Assembly (NCBI GenBank): GCA_040266715.1
Contig: JAPKNN010000001.1
Location: 51,034 to 115,033, forward strand
Source of the DNA: Paracoccaceae bacterium
GTDB lineage: Bacteria > Pseudomonadota > Alphaproteobacteria > JAPKNN01
Direction: 5' to 3'
DNA length: 64,000 nucleotides
Shown here: positions 1-10,908 of the stretch, piece after piece
How the letters are laid out: every line of letters starts with the position of its first letter
Numbering within the stretch: position 1 is the first letter of the stretch
Program-made: the position numbers and the translations under genes
Notes under the pieces: generated by a model
Seen by the model: only the letters and a program-made list of their open reading frames with translations
Database searches by the model: none
What the model was told of the DNA's origin: nothing

Positions 1-747
1 ATAGATTCGGTTCAAAATTTTTTTTATCCGCATAATTGTATAAATTGTCATACATTGCTACATCATGAAACCAATATATCTATACATAAAAACACTAATT
101 TGCACTTATGCGGGCAATGTTTCTCGCAAATCCATTTTATTGAGAAACCATATTGTCAGAAATCAGGACTTCCTCTTGCCTATGATTATGGCGACAATAC
201 TATATTCGGTGAAGAGCTGTTAAATCAAAAAACCTATTATGACCACGTACGTGCCTGTGTTGCCTTTAACGATCTTTCACGAAAGATTGTCCATCAATTT
301 AAATATGGCGATGAGACTCATCTTGCACATTTCTTATCTCAGCGTATGCATATAGCCGCTATGCATTTTTTCAATTCATGTCCCGATTTTCTTATTCCTG
401 TTCCATTAAATTATACAAAACTTATTAAAAGACGCTATAATCAATCTGCCTTGTTGTGTAATGCTCTATCTGGGTATACAGGAGTAGAATGCGATAACCT
501 CAGCTTTTATAAAAAATACAACACCCCTTCTCAAACAGGTCTAACATTGAAGCAACGTATCGATAATGTACACAACGCATTTGATTTTATAGAAGAAAAT
601 CGGCACCGAATTAAAGATAAAAGCATCATACTTGTTGATGACATTATGACAACAGGCGCAACAGTTTCTGAATGTGCGCGTGTTTTAAAGAAATATGGTG
701 CTACTAAGGTAAATGTTCTTGTCTTTGCACGTGTTCTTGATAATTAA
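1..747 (+). CDS. comF: ComF-family phosphoribosyltransferase (competence protein F-like), 5' end truncated by window edge
   Basis: Frame is open from base 1 (no stop before the TTG at 55); upstream in-frame residues HNCINC plus CGQC form the N-terminal double CxxC zinc ribbon; C-terminal PRTase motif ILVDDIMTTGAT. Confidence 0.7.
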   Translation: MDSVQNFFYPHNCINCHTLLHHETNISIHKNTNLHLCGQCFSQIHFIEKPYCQKSGLPLAYDYGDNTIFGEELLNQKTYYDHVRACVAFNDLSRKIVHQFKYGDETHLAHFLSQRMHIAAMHFFNSCPDFLIPVPLNYTKLIKRRYNQSALLCNALSGYTGVECDNLSFYKKYNTPSQTGLTLKQRIDNVHNAFDFIEENRHRIKDKSIILVDDIMTTGATVSECARVLKKYGATKVNVLVFARVLDN

Positions 748-777
748 GTTTTACGCACCAAAGTAAATTGTACATCT

Positions 778-1581
778 TTAAAAACGTAATAACCTAGTAA
801 AATACAAAATGACGTGTAAAGTCATGAAAATGAGTAGTAAGGCAATCACAATGGTAGGTCCCGCAGGAAGATCAAACCAAAATGAACCTAACAAACCCAC
901 CATACAAGTCGTAATACTAAATAAACCTGCTATTATAACCATCATCGTAGGTGAATAACTCAACTGTCGTGCAATCGCGGCAGGTATAATCAGTATCGCC
1001 GATATTAATAAAACACCAACAATCTTAATAGCAAAAGCAATAAAAACAGATAGTAAAATAAAGAAAATAATCTCATACACAAAAGGATTTCTAAGATATA
1101 TAAATGATAAATCGGCATTAACGATAGATAGCAGCATCGGCCTCCATGTAAAAAAAAGACAGATTATACCCACACAGGTCAACGCTATAATGATGCCTAT
1201 ATCATCTTGTGAAGTTGCAAGTATATCTCCCGTTAACAAAGCAAATAAATCAAGACGCGACACGCCAAATTGACTATGAATAAGCAAGCCAAGGGCTAGA
1301 AAACCGTGCGATAAAATAACCAACAATGCCTCCAAAGGAAGGCGAGCATTATACCGTAAAAAAACCAATGCTAGACTGACTATAAAAACAACAACAATAA
1401 CTGCCAAAAAAATATTTAAATGAAATATCAAAGCAACCGAAATAGCAGGAAGCGTAGAATGGGCTAACGCATCGCTGAAGTTAGCCATACGTTTCCATAT
1501 AGCTAAGCACCCCAATGGAGCAGCCAACAAGGCAATCATAAAACATGTGACAATAGCCCGAATAAAAAAATCATCTAACAT
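778..1581 (-). CDS. znuB: Metal (zinc/manganese) ABC transporter permease, ZnuB-like
   Basis: 267 aa polytopic membrane protein directly downstream of and co-directional with the ZnuC-like ATPase; typical size and hydrophobicity of the ZnuB/TroCD family. Confidence 0.75.
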   Translation of the reverse strand: MLDDFFIRAIVTCFMIALLAAPLGCLAIWKRMANFSDALAHSTLPAISVALIFHLNIFLAVIVVVFIVSLALVFLRYNARLPLEALLVILSHGFLALGLLIHSQFGVSRLDLFALLTGDILATSQDDIGIIIALTCVGIICLFFTWRPMLLSIVNADLSFIYLRNPFVYEIIFFILLSVFIAFAIKIVGVLLISAILIIPAAIARQLSYSPTMMVIIAGLFSITTCMVGLLGSFWFDLPAGPTIVIALLLIFMTLHVILYFTRLLRF

Positions 1582-1584
1582 AAT

Positions 1585-2346
1585 TTAAACATCTTTCGTA
1601 ATAACCCTGCCATGATGATCATGATCATGTTTGTGGGCATACATGGCAATTGTATCAATGTTTTCATCACCAAAAATTTTACGGAAATGGTGATTGTCAA
1701 CAAGTGATTGTGGCGACCCTTCACAGCAGATATGTCCATTTATACACAAAACTTTTTTTGACTGCGCCATAACAAAATGCAAATTATGCGTTACGAGTAT
1801 AATGGCACATTGAAATTTATCACATAGGTTGTTGATGAGTTTATAAAACTCAATTTCACCACGAAAATCTATACCTTGTGTGGGTTCATCTAATACGAGT
1901 AAATCAGGAGAATTAAGTAGGGCTTGCGCTAAAAACATACGTTGAAACTCTCCTCCAGAAAGATGATTTACCTGTTTATTTTCTAATCCAGCGATACCCA
2001 CCATATCGAGCAAAGAAGATATATCTGTTTGCTTATCTTTAGCAAATAATTGCAAAAAATACGAAACACGCAAGGGTAAATAGGGTGATATAGCTTTTAT
2101 TTGAGGAACATAGCCAATACGCAGATTGTGTTTTTTCTTAATGTTCCCAACGCAGGGAGTAATGATACCCAAAAGAGTTTTAATTGTGGTTGTTTTTCCT
2201 CCTCCATTTGGCCCAACAAAAGTTATGATTTCACCACGTGTAATGGAAAAGTTAAAATCCCTAATAATCCATTCTTTCATATATTGAACACCTAAAGACT
2301 CTGCAGATAGTAATATCTCCGTGTTGCTATTATGTGCAGGCTCCAT
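1585..2346 (-). CDS. znuC: Metal (zinc/manganese) ABC transporter ATP-binding protein, ZnuC-like
   Basis: Walker [13 protein letters not shown] signature LSGGEFQR, Walker B LLVLDEPT; His-rich C-terminal tail HKHDHDHHG typical of metal-uptake ATPases. Confidence 0.85.
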   Translation of the reverse strand: MEPAHNSNTEILLSAESLGVQYMKEWIIRDFNFSITRGEIITFVGPNGGGKTTTIKTLLGIITPCVGNIKKKHNLRIGYVPQIKAISPYLPLRVSYFLQLFAKDKQTDISSLLDMVGIAGLENKQVNHLSGGEFQRMFLAQALLNSPDLLVLDEPTQGIDFRGEIEFYKLINNLCDKFQCAIILVTHNLHFVMAQSKKVLCINGHICCEGSPQSLVDNHHFRKIFGDENIDTIAMYAHKHDHDHHGRVITKDV

Positions 2347-2457
2347 CTTATCCTCTTATCCCATCTAGGTACATTGACAAAACGACACAACTACCATATA
2401 AATCATATATCGTACAGAAAAATTTCATATCATCTGTCTTTCTTAGGCTTTCCTATC

Positions 2458-4647
2458 ATGAATAATTTTACTCCAACAGGAGCAGAGTTAACAGGTTTCG
2501 TTCCTCAACGGCTTCAGCGTAAAACACACAGTGACAATAATGCGGTTTATGCATTAGACAGTCACTTTTCTCCTTCTGGTGATCAACCTCAGGCAATAGA
2601 AAATCTAGTTAATGGCATCATTCAACAAGAACGCAATCAAATGCTTTTGGGAGTTACAGGTTCAGGAAAAACCTACACAATGGCAAAAGTTATTGAGCAA
2701 ACTAAGCGCCCTGCCCTTATTCTAGCTCCTAATAAGACATTAGCAGCACAGCTTTATGGTGAGTTTAAAAGTTTTTTTCCGCACAATAATGTAGAATATT
2801 TTGTCTCCTATTATGATTATTTTCAGCCAGAGGCCTATATTCCTCGCTCAGATACGTATATTGAAAAAGATAGCTCTGTCAATGAGCAAATAGACCGTAT
2901 GCGTCACTCTGCTACGCGCGCAACGTTAGAATATCGTGATGTTATCATTGTCGCATCTGTTTCTTGTATCTATGGTATAGGGGCTGTTGAAAATTATATG
3001 CAAATGGCACTAAGTATTTCCAAAAATGATATAGTATCACGAAAATCACTTATACAAAAATTAGTTGAATTACAGTATAAACGCAATGAATTCGCATTTC
3101 AACGTGGTGATTTTCGTGCTAAAGGGGATACTCTAGAAATTTTCCCAGCCCATTTTGAGGATAGAGCTTGGCGTATTTCGCTTTTTGGTGATGATGTCGA
3201 AAAAATAGATGAATTTGATCCCCTAACAGGCGAAACGAAAGCCGAACTTGAGACCGTAAAAATTTATGCCAATTCTCACTATGTTACACCTGGCCCTACA
3301 CTTAAACAGGCCGTTGAAAACATCAAACTTGATCTTAAGCATCAGTTAGATATTTATACACAAGAAAACAAATTACTCGAAGCACAACGCTTAGAGCAAC
3401 GTACGTTGTTTGATTTAGAAATGATAACGGCAACTGGTAGCTGTGCAGGGATTGAAAATTATTCACGTTACCTTACAGGCAGAAAACCTGGTGACCCACC
3501 TCCTACATTGTTTGAATATATAACAGATGATACGATTGTTTTTGTTGATGAATCACACGTTACAATTCCACAACTAGGTGGCATGTATCGTGGAGACTTT
3601 CAACGCAAGACAACTTTAGCTAAACATGGTTTTCGTCTACCCTCATGTTTGGACAATCGTCCCCTAAAATTTGAAGAGTGGGACGCCTATAGAACACAAA
3701 CAATTTATGTTTCCGCAACGCCAGGAGATTGGGAATTAAAGCAAACAGACGGAGTTATTATAGAACAAGTTATTCGTCCAACAGGTTTACTAGATCCAAT
3801 CGTTGAAATTCGACCCGCTAAGAATCAAGTCGAAGATTTAATAGGCGAGGCTAAAAAAATTGCTGCAAACGGTAATCGTGTTTTAGTCACAACACTTACA
3901 AAACGCATGTCTGAAGATTTAACCGAATATATGCATGAAGAAGGGTTGCGTGTGCGCTATATGCATTCTGATATTGATACATTAGAGCGTATTGAAATAA
4001 TTCGTGATTTACGCTTAGGGGCTTATGATATTTTAGTTGGTATTAACCTCTTGCGTGAGGGGTTAGACATTCCCGAATGTAGTCTTGTAGCAATATTAGA
4101 TGCAGACAAAGAAGGATTTTTACGCTCAGAACGCACACTTATACAAACCATCGGTCGTGCTGCACGTAATGCGAATGGACGTGCCATCCTCTATGCGGAT
4201 AAAGTCACCCATTCTATTGATAAGGCTATCAAAGAAACCGAAAGAAGACGTAATAAACAATATATCTATAATCAGCAACATAATATTACGCCAACTACTA
4301 TAGACAAAAAAGTGGCTGATATCACATCTGATCTTTGCGATGACGCATATCAAAAAGAGTTCAATGTTATCCAAGATATCACTCTTCAAGGCCACAATCT
4401 TCAAACTTACATAGAAGAATTACGTACACAAATGTTTAAAGCAGCAGAAGATATGGAGTTTGAAGAAGCTGCACGTTTAAGAGATGAGATTAAAAAATTA
4501 GAAAGCAGTACGCTTGTTGTGGTTGATGATCTCACCCCCCAATCATCCAATAAGAAAACGGCACCGAAGGCACGTTCCATATCTGGCAAACCAGGTACAC
4601 GTAAATTACGCTCCAAAAATAAAAATAGTGTTTCACGGAAATTTTAA
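2458..4647 (+). CDS. uvrB: Excinuclease ABC subunit B
   Basis: Strong UvrB similarity throughout (GVTGSGKT Walker A, beta-hairpin region, C-terminal UvrC-interaction domain [14 protein letters not shown]). Track ORF begins at 2332 overlapping the znuC start; the ATG at 2458 (MNNFTPTG...) is the more plausible start. Confidence 0.93.
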   Translation: MNNFTPTGAELTGFVPQRLQRKTHSDNNAVYALDSHFSPSGDQPQAIENLVNGIIQQERNQMLLGVTGSGKTYTMAKVIEQTKRPALILAPNKTLAAQLYGEFKSFFPHNNVEYFVSYYDYFQPEAYIPRSDTYIEKDSSVNEQIDRMRHSATRATLEYRDVIIVASVSCIYGIGAVENYMQMALSISKNDIVSRKSLIQKLVELQYKRNEFAFQRGDFRAKGDTLEIFPAHFEDRAWRISLFGDDVEKIDEFDPLTGETKAELETVKIYANSHYVTPGPTLKQAVENIKLDLKHQLDIYTQENKLLEAQRLEQRTLFDLEMITATGSCAGIENYSRYLTGRKPGDPPPTLFEYITDDTIVFVDESHVTIPQLGGMYRGDFQRKTTLAKHGFRLPSCLDNRPLKFEEWDAYRTQTIYVSATPGDWELKQTDGVIIEQVIRPTGLLDPIVEIRPAKNQVEDLIGEAKKIAANGNRVLVTTLTKRMSEDLTEYMHEEGLRVRYMHSDIDTLERIEIIRDLRLGAYDILVGINLLREGLDIPECSLVAILDADKEGFLRSERTLIQTIGRAARNANGRAILYADKVTHSIDKAIKETERRRNKQYIYNQQHNITPTTIDKKVADITSDLCDDAYQKEFNVIQDITLQGHNLQTYIEELRTQMFKAAEDMEFEEAARLRDEIKKLESSTLVVVDDLTPQSSNKKTAPKARSISGKPGTRKLRSKNKNSVSRKF

Positions 4648-4662
4648 ATAAATGGCATTGTA

Positions 4663-5481
4663 TCAGGTAATTTCTATAACCATACCATCATATGCGGGTA
4701 CAACATTCTTAGGAAGCGATCTTCTGAGTGTTTGGTAATCCAAATCTATATGCATGTTTGTTAACACTCCCCATCGTGGTTTGATAGCATCAAGCCATTC
4801 AAGTGCTTTTTCAAAATTCAAATGCGCAATATGTTTTTGATATCGCAAGGCATCAATAATCCAATATTCCAGATTGTGCATATGTTCTATAGTCTGTTTA
4901 GGCATATCGTGCATATCTGGAATATAGGCAAGATTATTAAATCGAAAACCAAGTGCGTCAATCTTCCCATGATGAACATGTAAAGGTAGAACATCAATAT
5001 CACCACCCTCACCCATAATGGTAAAAGATTCATTGGGAGAGATAATATGATAAGTTAAGATAGGTGGATATATACTTCCTTGTGCTTGAAAGAAACAATA
5101 TTTAAAACGTTCTAAAAATATATCTTGCGCAAAACGACTAAAATAAACTGGCACTGGCTTTTTTGTTTCTAAAGCAATCATGCGTAAATCATCTAATCCA
5201 TGACTATGATCTGCGTGTTCATGTGTTAACAACACGGCATCAACATGCCCTATTCCTTCTCTCAATAGCTGCTCTCTCATATCTGGTCCAGCATCTACAA
5301 GTATCCGTGTTATGCCTTTTATGCTTTTTTTCTCTATTAATAATGCACAACGGCCCCGTTTATTTTTACTCTCTAGAGGATCACATTCACCCCAATTTCC
5401 TTTTCCGTCTTTTCCTCCTATGCGAGGAACACCGCCAGAAGATCCACAGCCAAGGATTGTTATTTTTAACGACATAATCAC
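4663..5481 (-). CDS. MBL-fold metallo-hydrolase (PhnP-like)
   Basis: HxHxDH motif (THEHADHSHG) and beta-lactamase-fold layout; sits in the conserved holB-metG-tatD-MBL block. Confidence 0.75.
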   Translation of the reverse strand: MIMSLKITILGCGSSGGVPRIGGKDGKGNWGECDPLESKNKRGRCALLIEKKSIKGITRILVDAGPDMREQLLREGIGHVDAVLLTHEHADHSHGLDDLRMIALETKKPVPVYFSRFAQDIFLERFKYCFFQAQGSIYPPILTYHIISPNESFTIMGEGGDIDVLPLHVHHGKIDALGFRFNNLAYIPDMHDMPKQTIEHMHNLEYWIIDALRYQKHIAHLNFEKALEWLDAIKPRWGVLTNMHIDLDYQTLRRSLPKNVVPAYDGMVIEIT

Positions 5482-5487
5482 ATCTCC

Positions 5488-6267
5488 TTACGTGGAAATA
5501 TTTTTGAAGAGTCTAAAAAAATTTTTTGTTGTCTGAGACGCCAAAGTTTCAAGTGAAACATTTCTAATATCTGCCAATTTCTGAGCCGTGTAAACAATAT
5601 ATTGAGGCTCATTACGCTTGCTTCTGTATGGAGCTGGGGTCAAATAAGGAGCATCGGTTTCAATAAGGATTTTATCCTTGTCAATAGTTTGGGCAATATC
5701 GCGTATTTCTTGTGCTTTATTAAAGGTAATAATACCTGAAAAAGAAAACCATGCTCCTAATTCTTTACCTGTTTCAGCTAATTCTAAACCCGAGGCATAA
5801 CAATGTAATAAAATATCAAAATATTTTTTTTTTCTTTGTTCCATAAGAATGTCAGAGACATCTTTATCTGCATTTCTTGCATGAACAATAAGTGGTAAAC
5901 CCGTTTCTTGTGCTGCTTTTATGTGTGTAATAAAAACTTGTTTTTGTATATTTTTATCGTATGAATCGTAATGATAATCTAATCCTGTTTCACCTATTGC
6001 AACAATTTTTTGACCTTGCGATAAAGTTATAATTTCCTCCAACGTAATATCTTTTTCTTCTTCTGCGTAACGAGGATGCGTTCCTATTGTTGCATACACC
6101 GAATCAAATTTCCGAGAAATTTTTTGCAAAGCCTCTAAACGACGTATTTGCGTAGATATAGTCAGCATCTTAATAACACCCTTAGTATGGGCATTGTTTA
6201 CAACAGCTTCTCTATCATCGTCGAAACTATCAAAATCTAAATGGCAATGACTATCAACAAACATCAT
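5488..6267 (-). CDS. tatD: TatD-family metal-dependent hydrolase/DNase
   Basis: N-terminal DSHCHL metal-binding motif, 259 aa, conserved position next to metG. Confidence 0.85.
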   Translation of the reverse strand: MMFVDSHCHLDFDSFDDDREAVVNNAHTKGVIKMLTISTQIRRLEALQKISRKFDSVYATIGTHPRYAEEEKDITLEEIITLSQGQKIVAIGETGLDYHYDSYDKNIQKQVFITHIKAAQETGLPLIVHARNADKDVSDILMEQRKKKYFDILLHCYASGLELAETGKELGAWFSFSGIITFNKAQEIRDIAQTIDKDKILIETDAPYLTPAPYRSKRNEPQYIVYTAQKLADIRNVSLETLASQTTKNFFRLFKNIST

Positions 6268-6279
6268 TTTAATTATTAC

Positions 6280-7848
6280 TTATGATACTTCAATACGTGG
6301 AAAAAGAGGTTCAGGCTTTTCAATTTTTATACCCGAAAGTTGGGAATGTTCATGATTCACATGTATATAGCTTCTTTTGCTGTCAGGAATTTGCAAGAAA
6401 TTAAGTAATTTTTCTGATGCATTGGGCAAAAATGGTTGTAAAACAATCGCTAATACGCGCAATAACTCGGTTGTAACATACAAAATATCCTGCATACGGG
6501 TTTTATCTGTCTTTTGTTTTTTCCATGGTTCTTGCGCATCAAAGTAACGATTTGCTGCGGCAATAACTTGCCAAACAGCAGCAAGGGCAAGGTGCAACTC
6601 AAAACGCTCCATATGAAAAGTAACCTTTTCTGTTAGTAAATAGGCTTGCTCTAACATGATTTGATCATGTTCGTTATCTAACTTACAGGATGGAATAACA
6701 GCCTCGCAATGCTTATATACCATAGACAAAGATCGCTGTGCAAAATTACCTAAATCATTGGCTAAATCTGCATTATAACGTCTCATAATAGCTTCATGCG
6801 AATAATGGCCATCATGCCCAAAGCTCACTTCCCTTAAAAAGAAATAACGCAACGTATCAGAGCCATAATTTTTATGTAAATCAAAAGGATCCACAATATT
6901 GCCTAGAGATTTAGACATCTTCTGTCCATCGTTAAGAATAAATCCATGACTGAAAACCGATTTTGGAATTGGTAAATTTGCCGACATTAAAAAAGCTGGC
7001 CAATAGACAGTATGAAAGCGCAATATATCCTTACCAACTACATGCACATCAGCAGGCCAGAATTGTTGAAACACATTATCTGAGGTTTCAGGATACCCAA
7101 TTGCTGTAATATAACTTGTCAAAGCATCCAACCACACATAAACGCTATGTAGGCTATCATCCTCCAAAGGAATACCCCAACTTAACGAAACGCGTGAAAT
7201 GGATAAATCTTCCAGTCCCGTTTCAACAAATCGTACGACCTCGTTATATCTCGCTTTAGGCAATATAAAATCTTCATGAGCACGATACCAATCAAGTAAT
7301 TTATCTTGATAAGCAGATAATTTAAAAAAGTAGCTTTCCTCCTCAACCCACTCTACAGAAGAACCACTAGGCGTACAAAAAGTTCCATCAATGTTTTTCT
7401 TTAATTCACTTTCATCAAAAAATGCTTCATCAACAACCGAATACCATCCTTTATACTTCCCCAAATAGATATCCCCATTATTTTTCAGTTTTTTCCATAT
7501 ATCCCAAACTGCTTTTTTGTGTCTATCTTCAGTTGTACAAATAAAATCATCATGCGTGCCGTCAAAAAGACGTACCATTTCTTTAAAATAGTGACGATTT
7601 TCTTCAACTAGCTGCACAGGTGATATACCTAGCTTGTCGGCCGTTTGTTGCATTTTAAGGCCATGTTCATCTGTACCCGTAAGAAAATACACGTTATAGC
7701 CAGCTAAACGTCTAAAACGCACTATGGCATCACATGCCAAATACTCATACAGGTGACCTATATGCGGCTTGCCATTCGGATAAGAAATAGCTGTAGTTAA
7801 ATAAAAATCTGTGTTCGTTTTTTGCGTTTTAATAGGCATTATATTCAC
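6280..7848 (-). CDS. metG: Methionine--tRNA ligase (short form)
   Basis: Class I aaRS HIGH motif (PHIGHLYEY) and KMSKS motif (KMSKSLGN); 522 aa. Confidence 0.95.
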   Translation of the reverse strand: MNIMPIKTQKTNTDFYLTTAISYPNGKPHIGHLYEYLACDAIVRFRRLAGYNVYFLTGTDEHGLKMQQTADKLGISPVQLVEENRHYFKEMVRLFDGTHDDFICTTEDRHKKAVWDIWKKLKNNGDIYLGKYKGWYSVVDEAFFDESELKKNIDGTFCTPSGSSVEWVEEESYFFKLSAYQDKLLDWYRAHEDFILPKARYNEVVRFVETGLEDLSISRVSLSWGIPLEDDSLHSVYVWLDALTSYITAIGYPETSDNVFQQFWPADVHVVGKDILRFHTVYWPAFLMSANLPIPKSVFSHGFILNDGQKMSKSLGNIVDPFDLHKNYGSDTLRYFFLREVSFGHDGHYSHEAIMRRYNADLANDLGNFAQRSLSMVYKHCEAVIPSCKLDNEHDQIMLEQAYLLTEKVTFHMERFELHLALAAVWQVIAAANRYFDAQEPWKKQKTDKTRMQDILYVTTELLRVLAIVLQPFLPNASEKLLNFLQIPDSKRSYIHVNHEHSQLSGIKIEKPEPLFPRIEVS

Positions 7849-7873
7849 TACTACATACTATCACTCTAAATTT

Positions 7874-8914
7874 CTACTTACATATAGCAATATTACGTAT
7901 CTGATGCATAAAGTCAAAGAAAACTAGAGATCTGTTTTGATGAATCTGAATAGCTTTTTTGATTTGCATTATAATATTGGCCCTTAATGTTATGGCCTGA
8001 TCTATATGTACAAACTTATTTTCCAGACACGATATTTGTGCAATGGTTTGTATAACATATTCATATAGCCAATCGGCAAGAACATTGCCAATATATTCAA
8101 AATTTTCAATAGCCCTAGCATCAGTATCGGCAATTTTTTTGATAATATTCTGTGTCCTATCCAAATCAATAGTTGGTAGGGCATTAATTATGTGCATAAT
8201 TTCATAAAACAACTCTTTTTGTTCATAATGCATTATAGCCTTAGCAGGTATTCCTTTTGCTTTTTCAATAAAAGGGGCAAGAGATTCTATATCTTCATTA
8301 GGAAATTTTTGTTTTAAGATAGTTTCTAACTCTACTTCGGGAAGCGGCAAACAGCGTAATACTTGGCAGCGAGAACGTATTGTGATAGGCAGTAGGGCTG
8401 TATTATGAGAAATAAAAATAATGAGTGCATCCGAAGGTGGGTCTTCTATAATTTTAAGAAGCGCGTTCGCCGCTTCCTTGTTCAAGAATTCAGCGTCATC
8501 AATAAGACAAATTCTTTTTTGTGCCTTTTTTCGTGCAGCATGCATCGTATAAAATGTAGATACCTTACGCGCCTTATCAACTGAAATAACTGACTTTACT
8601 TTTTTCTTCTTGTCGTCATAATCTGGTGCAAGAAGAAGAAAATCTCGCAATGTACCCTGTTCTATCTGACGATTAACAGGATCTTCATCTGAAACTTTTA
8701 AACCACGCCCCAAAGAGAAGCGATTAGAATCTTCACTATAGATAAAACGAATAAGTTGAAACGCCAAGCTGGCCTTTCCAATACCTTTGTCTCCAGAAAA
8801 TATCCATGTTTGCCCTAAACAATTTTTATCACATAAACTGCGTAAAAATAATTGTTCTTTGTCACGCCCCAGAAGTGTATCGTTATAAACTTTCTTTTCT
8901 TCCATCATGTTCAA
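7874..8914 (-). CDS. holB: DNA polymerase III subunit delta'
   Basis: AAA+ clamp-loader fold with degenerate P-loop (GDKGIGKAS) and sensor SRC motif (TIRSRCQ); conserved position upstream of tmk. Confidence 0.8.
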   Translation of the reverse strand: MNMMEEKKVYNDTLLGRDKEQLFLRSLCDKNCLGQTWIFSGDKGIGKASLAFQLIRFIYSEDSNRFSLGRGLKVSDEDPVNRQIEQGTLRDFLLLAPDYDDKKKKVKSVISVDKARKVSTFYTMHAARKKAQKRICLIDDAEFLNKEAANALLKIIEDPPSDALIIFISHNTALLPITIRSRCQVLRCLPLPEVELETILKQKFPNEDIESLAPFIEKAKGIPAKAIMHYEQKELFYEIMHIINALPTIDLDRTQNIIKKIADTDARAIENFEYIGNVLADWLYEYVIQTIAQISCLENKFVHIDQAITLRANIIMQIKKAIQIHQNRSLVFFDFMHQIRNIAICK

Positions 8915-8941
8915 TGTATCGTGTACGTGTTTATAGTTTTC

Positions 8942-9592
8942 TTAATATTTAATGGCTTTAGCCAAAGGTTTATCGTGTAAAAAAAACTCTATATCTTTTA
9001 TCAAGATATTGCGTATAATTTCTATATCCAATGTGGCATCAATAATTCTACATCGTGTATTATATGCTTTTGCCCTTTCATGAAAGGTCATGAGGATCTT
9101 TTCATGATCAGCAAAACTTTTTTGCTCAAAAAAATCGGGATGCTTGTTTACTTTTTGCCTTTCTAACCATTGTTCATGTGTCATGTGAAAAAAATAGCTT
9201 CTATCGGGTAATCGCCTAATAATTGAACGATCAAGATTTTCAAATAGATAAGCATACTCTTTTTTTAAAACATTTTGATACGCATGACTCGAATCAAAAA
9301 AACGATCACACAGAACGATTTTATTTGCCTCTAAAGCAGGTGATATCACTTTTTCTATCAGATCATTACGCGCAGTGTAAAACAAAAGAAGTTCACTTAA
9401 ATGACTCCAGTTAGCACTACTGTTATGCAGTAAATTTTGTCTTATCGATTCTGCACCGCTTGTACCACCAGGCTCACGCGTTACTATTACAGAATAATCC
9501 AAAGCAACAAGATACTTGTACAACAGCTGTATCTGTGTTGATTTACCAGTGTTCTCTCCACCCTCAAACGTAATAAATAATCCTTTAAGCAT
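8942..9592 (-). CDS. tmk: Thymidylate kinase
   Basis: P-loop FITFEGGENTGKST and TREPGGT motif; 216 aa. Confidence 0.9.
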   Translation of the reverse strand: MLKGLFITFEGGENTGKSTQIQLLYKYLVALDYSVIVTREPGGTSGAESIRQNLLHNSSANWSHLSELLLFYTARNDLIEKVISPALEANKIVLCDRFFDSSHAYQNVLKKEYAYLFENLDRSIIRRLPDRSYFFHMTHEQWLERQKVNKHPDFFEQKSFADHEKILMTFHERAKAYNTRCRIIDATLDIEIIRNILIKDIEFFLHDKPLAKAIKY

Positions 9593-9610
9593 ATACGTAG
9601 GTGTATAGGA

Positions 9611-10819
9611 TTATTCTTTTTTTTTCAAATTTTTTAGTACATGAATACCACCTTGAACAGCTTTCACAACAATATTTGCTTCTTTAACTTCTTTTGTAGC
9701 ATATAGAGGAAAACTATTTTTTATATTGTTATGGGTGATTTCAAGGCGTCCAAGCTTTGTACCTTTATCTATCGGCGCAGTAATTGGAGTGTCATAAATG
9801 ACTTTTTTTATAATTTTATTGTAGTTTTTAAGATTGATCAAAAATCCCACATCTTGATTGGGAGCAACTGGTACAAATTTTCTTTTTCCACCCCATACAG
9901 GCAATTTGATTGGAATATCATCCTTTTTATATAATGCCGTATAACGAAAATGTCTAAAAGCCCAATTTAAAATCTTTTTACTTTCATCTAAGCGTTGACT
10001 TTTACTTTTTAAGCCAACCAAAACAACTGTTAAACGTGTTCCTTTTCTTTTGCCCGTTACTGCAATACTATACCCGCTTTGCTTAAGATACCCTGTCTTC
10101 ATCCCATCAACGGATTTATCATGGTTCAGTAAAAGATTTCTATTCTTTTGCTCAATGTTATTCCAGGTAAATTTCTTATACTTAAAATACCTAGAAAGAT
10201 CAGGAAAATCTTTTATCAAGCGCAATGATAACTTAGCTAAATCTTTAACTGTAGAAAATTGATCCTTATGATGTAAACCACTTGCATTTGCAAATGAGGA
10301 TTGATGCATTCCAATTTTTTTTGCATACGCATTCATAAGCTGAGCAAATTTTTTCTCGCTGCCTGATATTCCTTCTGCTAATGTTATGGCTGCATCATTA
10401 GCAGACTGAATAATTAATCCTTTGAGTAAATTGTCTAAACTTATCTCATCATTAAGTTTAGCAAACATAGTAGAATTTTTAGATCTCGCTCCACCTTTCT
10501 TATACGCATTTTTTGTTACAACAAACCTATCTTCTAAAGATAATCCATTTTCATTCATGAGTGAAAAAATGACATAAGCCGCTAGCATTTTTGTTAAACT
10601 TGCTGGCCTTATTTTATCATCAATATTTTTTTGATAAAGAATTCTACCTGTTTGGTTCTCTATAACAATTGCATATTTTGCTTTTGTCTCAAAATATGGC
10701 AGAAGATCGTTAACTTTTATAGTTGTGCTATCTGCCCATGTATTATTGTGAAAAAAAGGTAATAAGGCAATACCAACAAATATACAGATATATAAATTGA
10801 TTATTTGTTTCATATTCAC
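9611..10819 (-). CDS. dacC: D-alanyl-D-alanine carboxypeptidase (PBP5/6 family, S11 peptidase)
   Basis: Signal peptide, active-site SxxK (SLTK) and SxN-like SAND motifs; adjacent to rlpA as in other Proteobacteria. Confidence 0.85.
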   Translation of the reverse strand: MNMKQIINLYICIFVGIALLPFFHNNTWADSTTIKVNDLLPYFETKAKYAIVIENQTGRILYQKNIDDKIRPASLTKMLAAYVIFSLMNENGLSLEDRFVVTKNAYKKGGARSKNSTMFAKLNDEISLDNLLKGLIIQSANDAAITLAEGISGSEKKFAQLMNAYAKKIGMHQSSFANASGLHHKDQFSTVKDLAKLSLRLIKDFPDLSRYFKYKKFTWNNIEQKNRNLLLNHDKSVDGMKTGYLKQSGYSIAVTGKRKGTRLTVVLVGLKSKSQRLDESKKILNWAFRHFRYTALYKKDDIPIKLPVWGGKRKFVPVAPNQDVGFLINLKNYNKIIKKVIYDTPITAPIDKGTKLGRLEITHNNIKNSFPLYATKEVKEANIVVKAVQGGIHVLKNLKKKE

Positions 10820-10843
10820 TTATCCATCTTGGTTGTTGTACCT

Positions 10844-10868
10844 TATTTGCCGTATTGCCGTATTGCCG
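10844..10868. repeat. Short 8-bp tandem repeat (tattgccg, ~3 copies) in the rlpA-dacC spacer
   Basis: tatttgccg-tattgccg-tattgccg read directly from the sequence. Confidence 0.6.
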
Positions 10869-10908
10869 CTAGGCCAAATGTGTATTATCGTATCACGTAA
10901 TTGTTACT

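Noticed and set aside
2332-2457. Upstream ATG at 2332 giving uvrB a 42-aa N-terminal extension
   Set aside because: The extension overlaps the znuC start codon on the other strand and has no UvrB-like sequence; the ATG at 2458 begins the conserved N-terminus.
2347-2457. Possible Zur operator in the znuC-uvrB divergent spacer
   Set aside because: No clear palindrome or known Zur-box-like sequence could be identified by eye; would need a position-weight-matrix scan.
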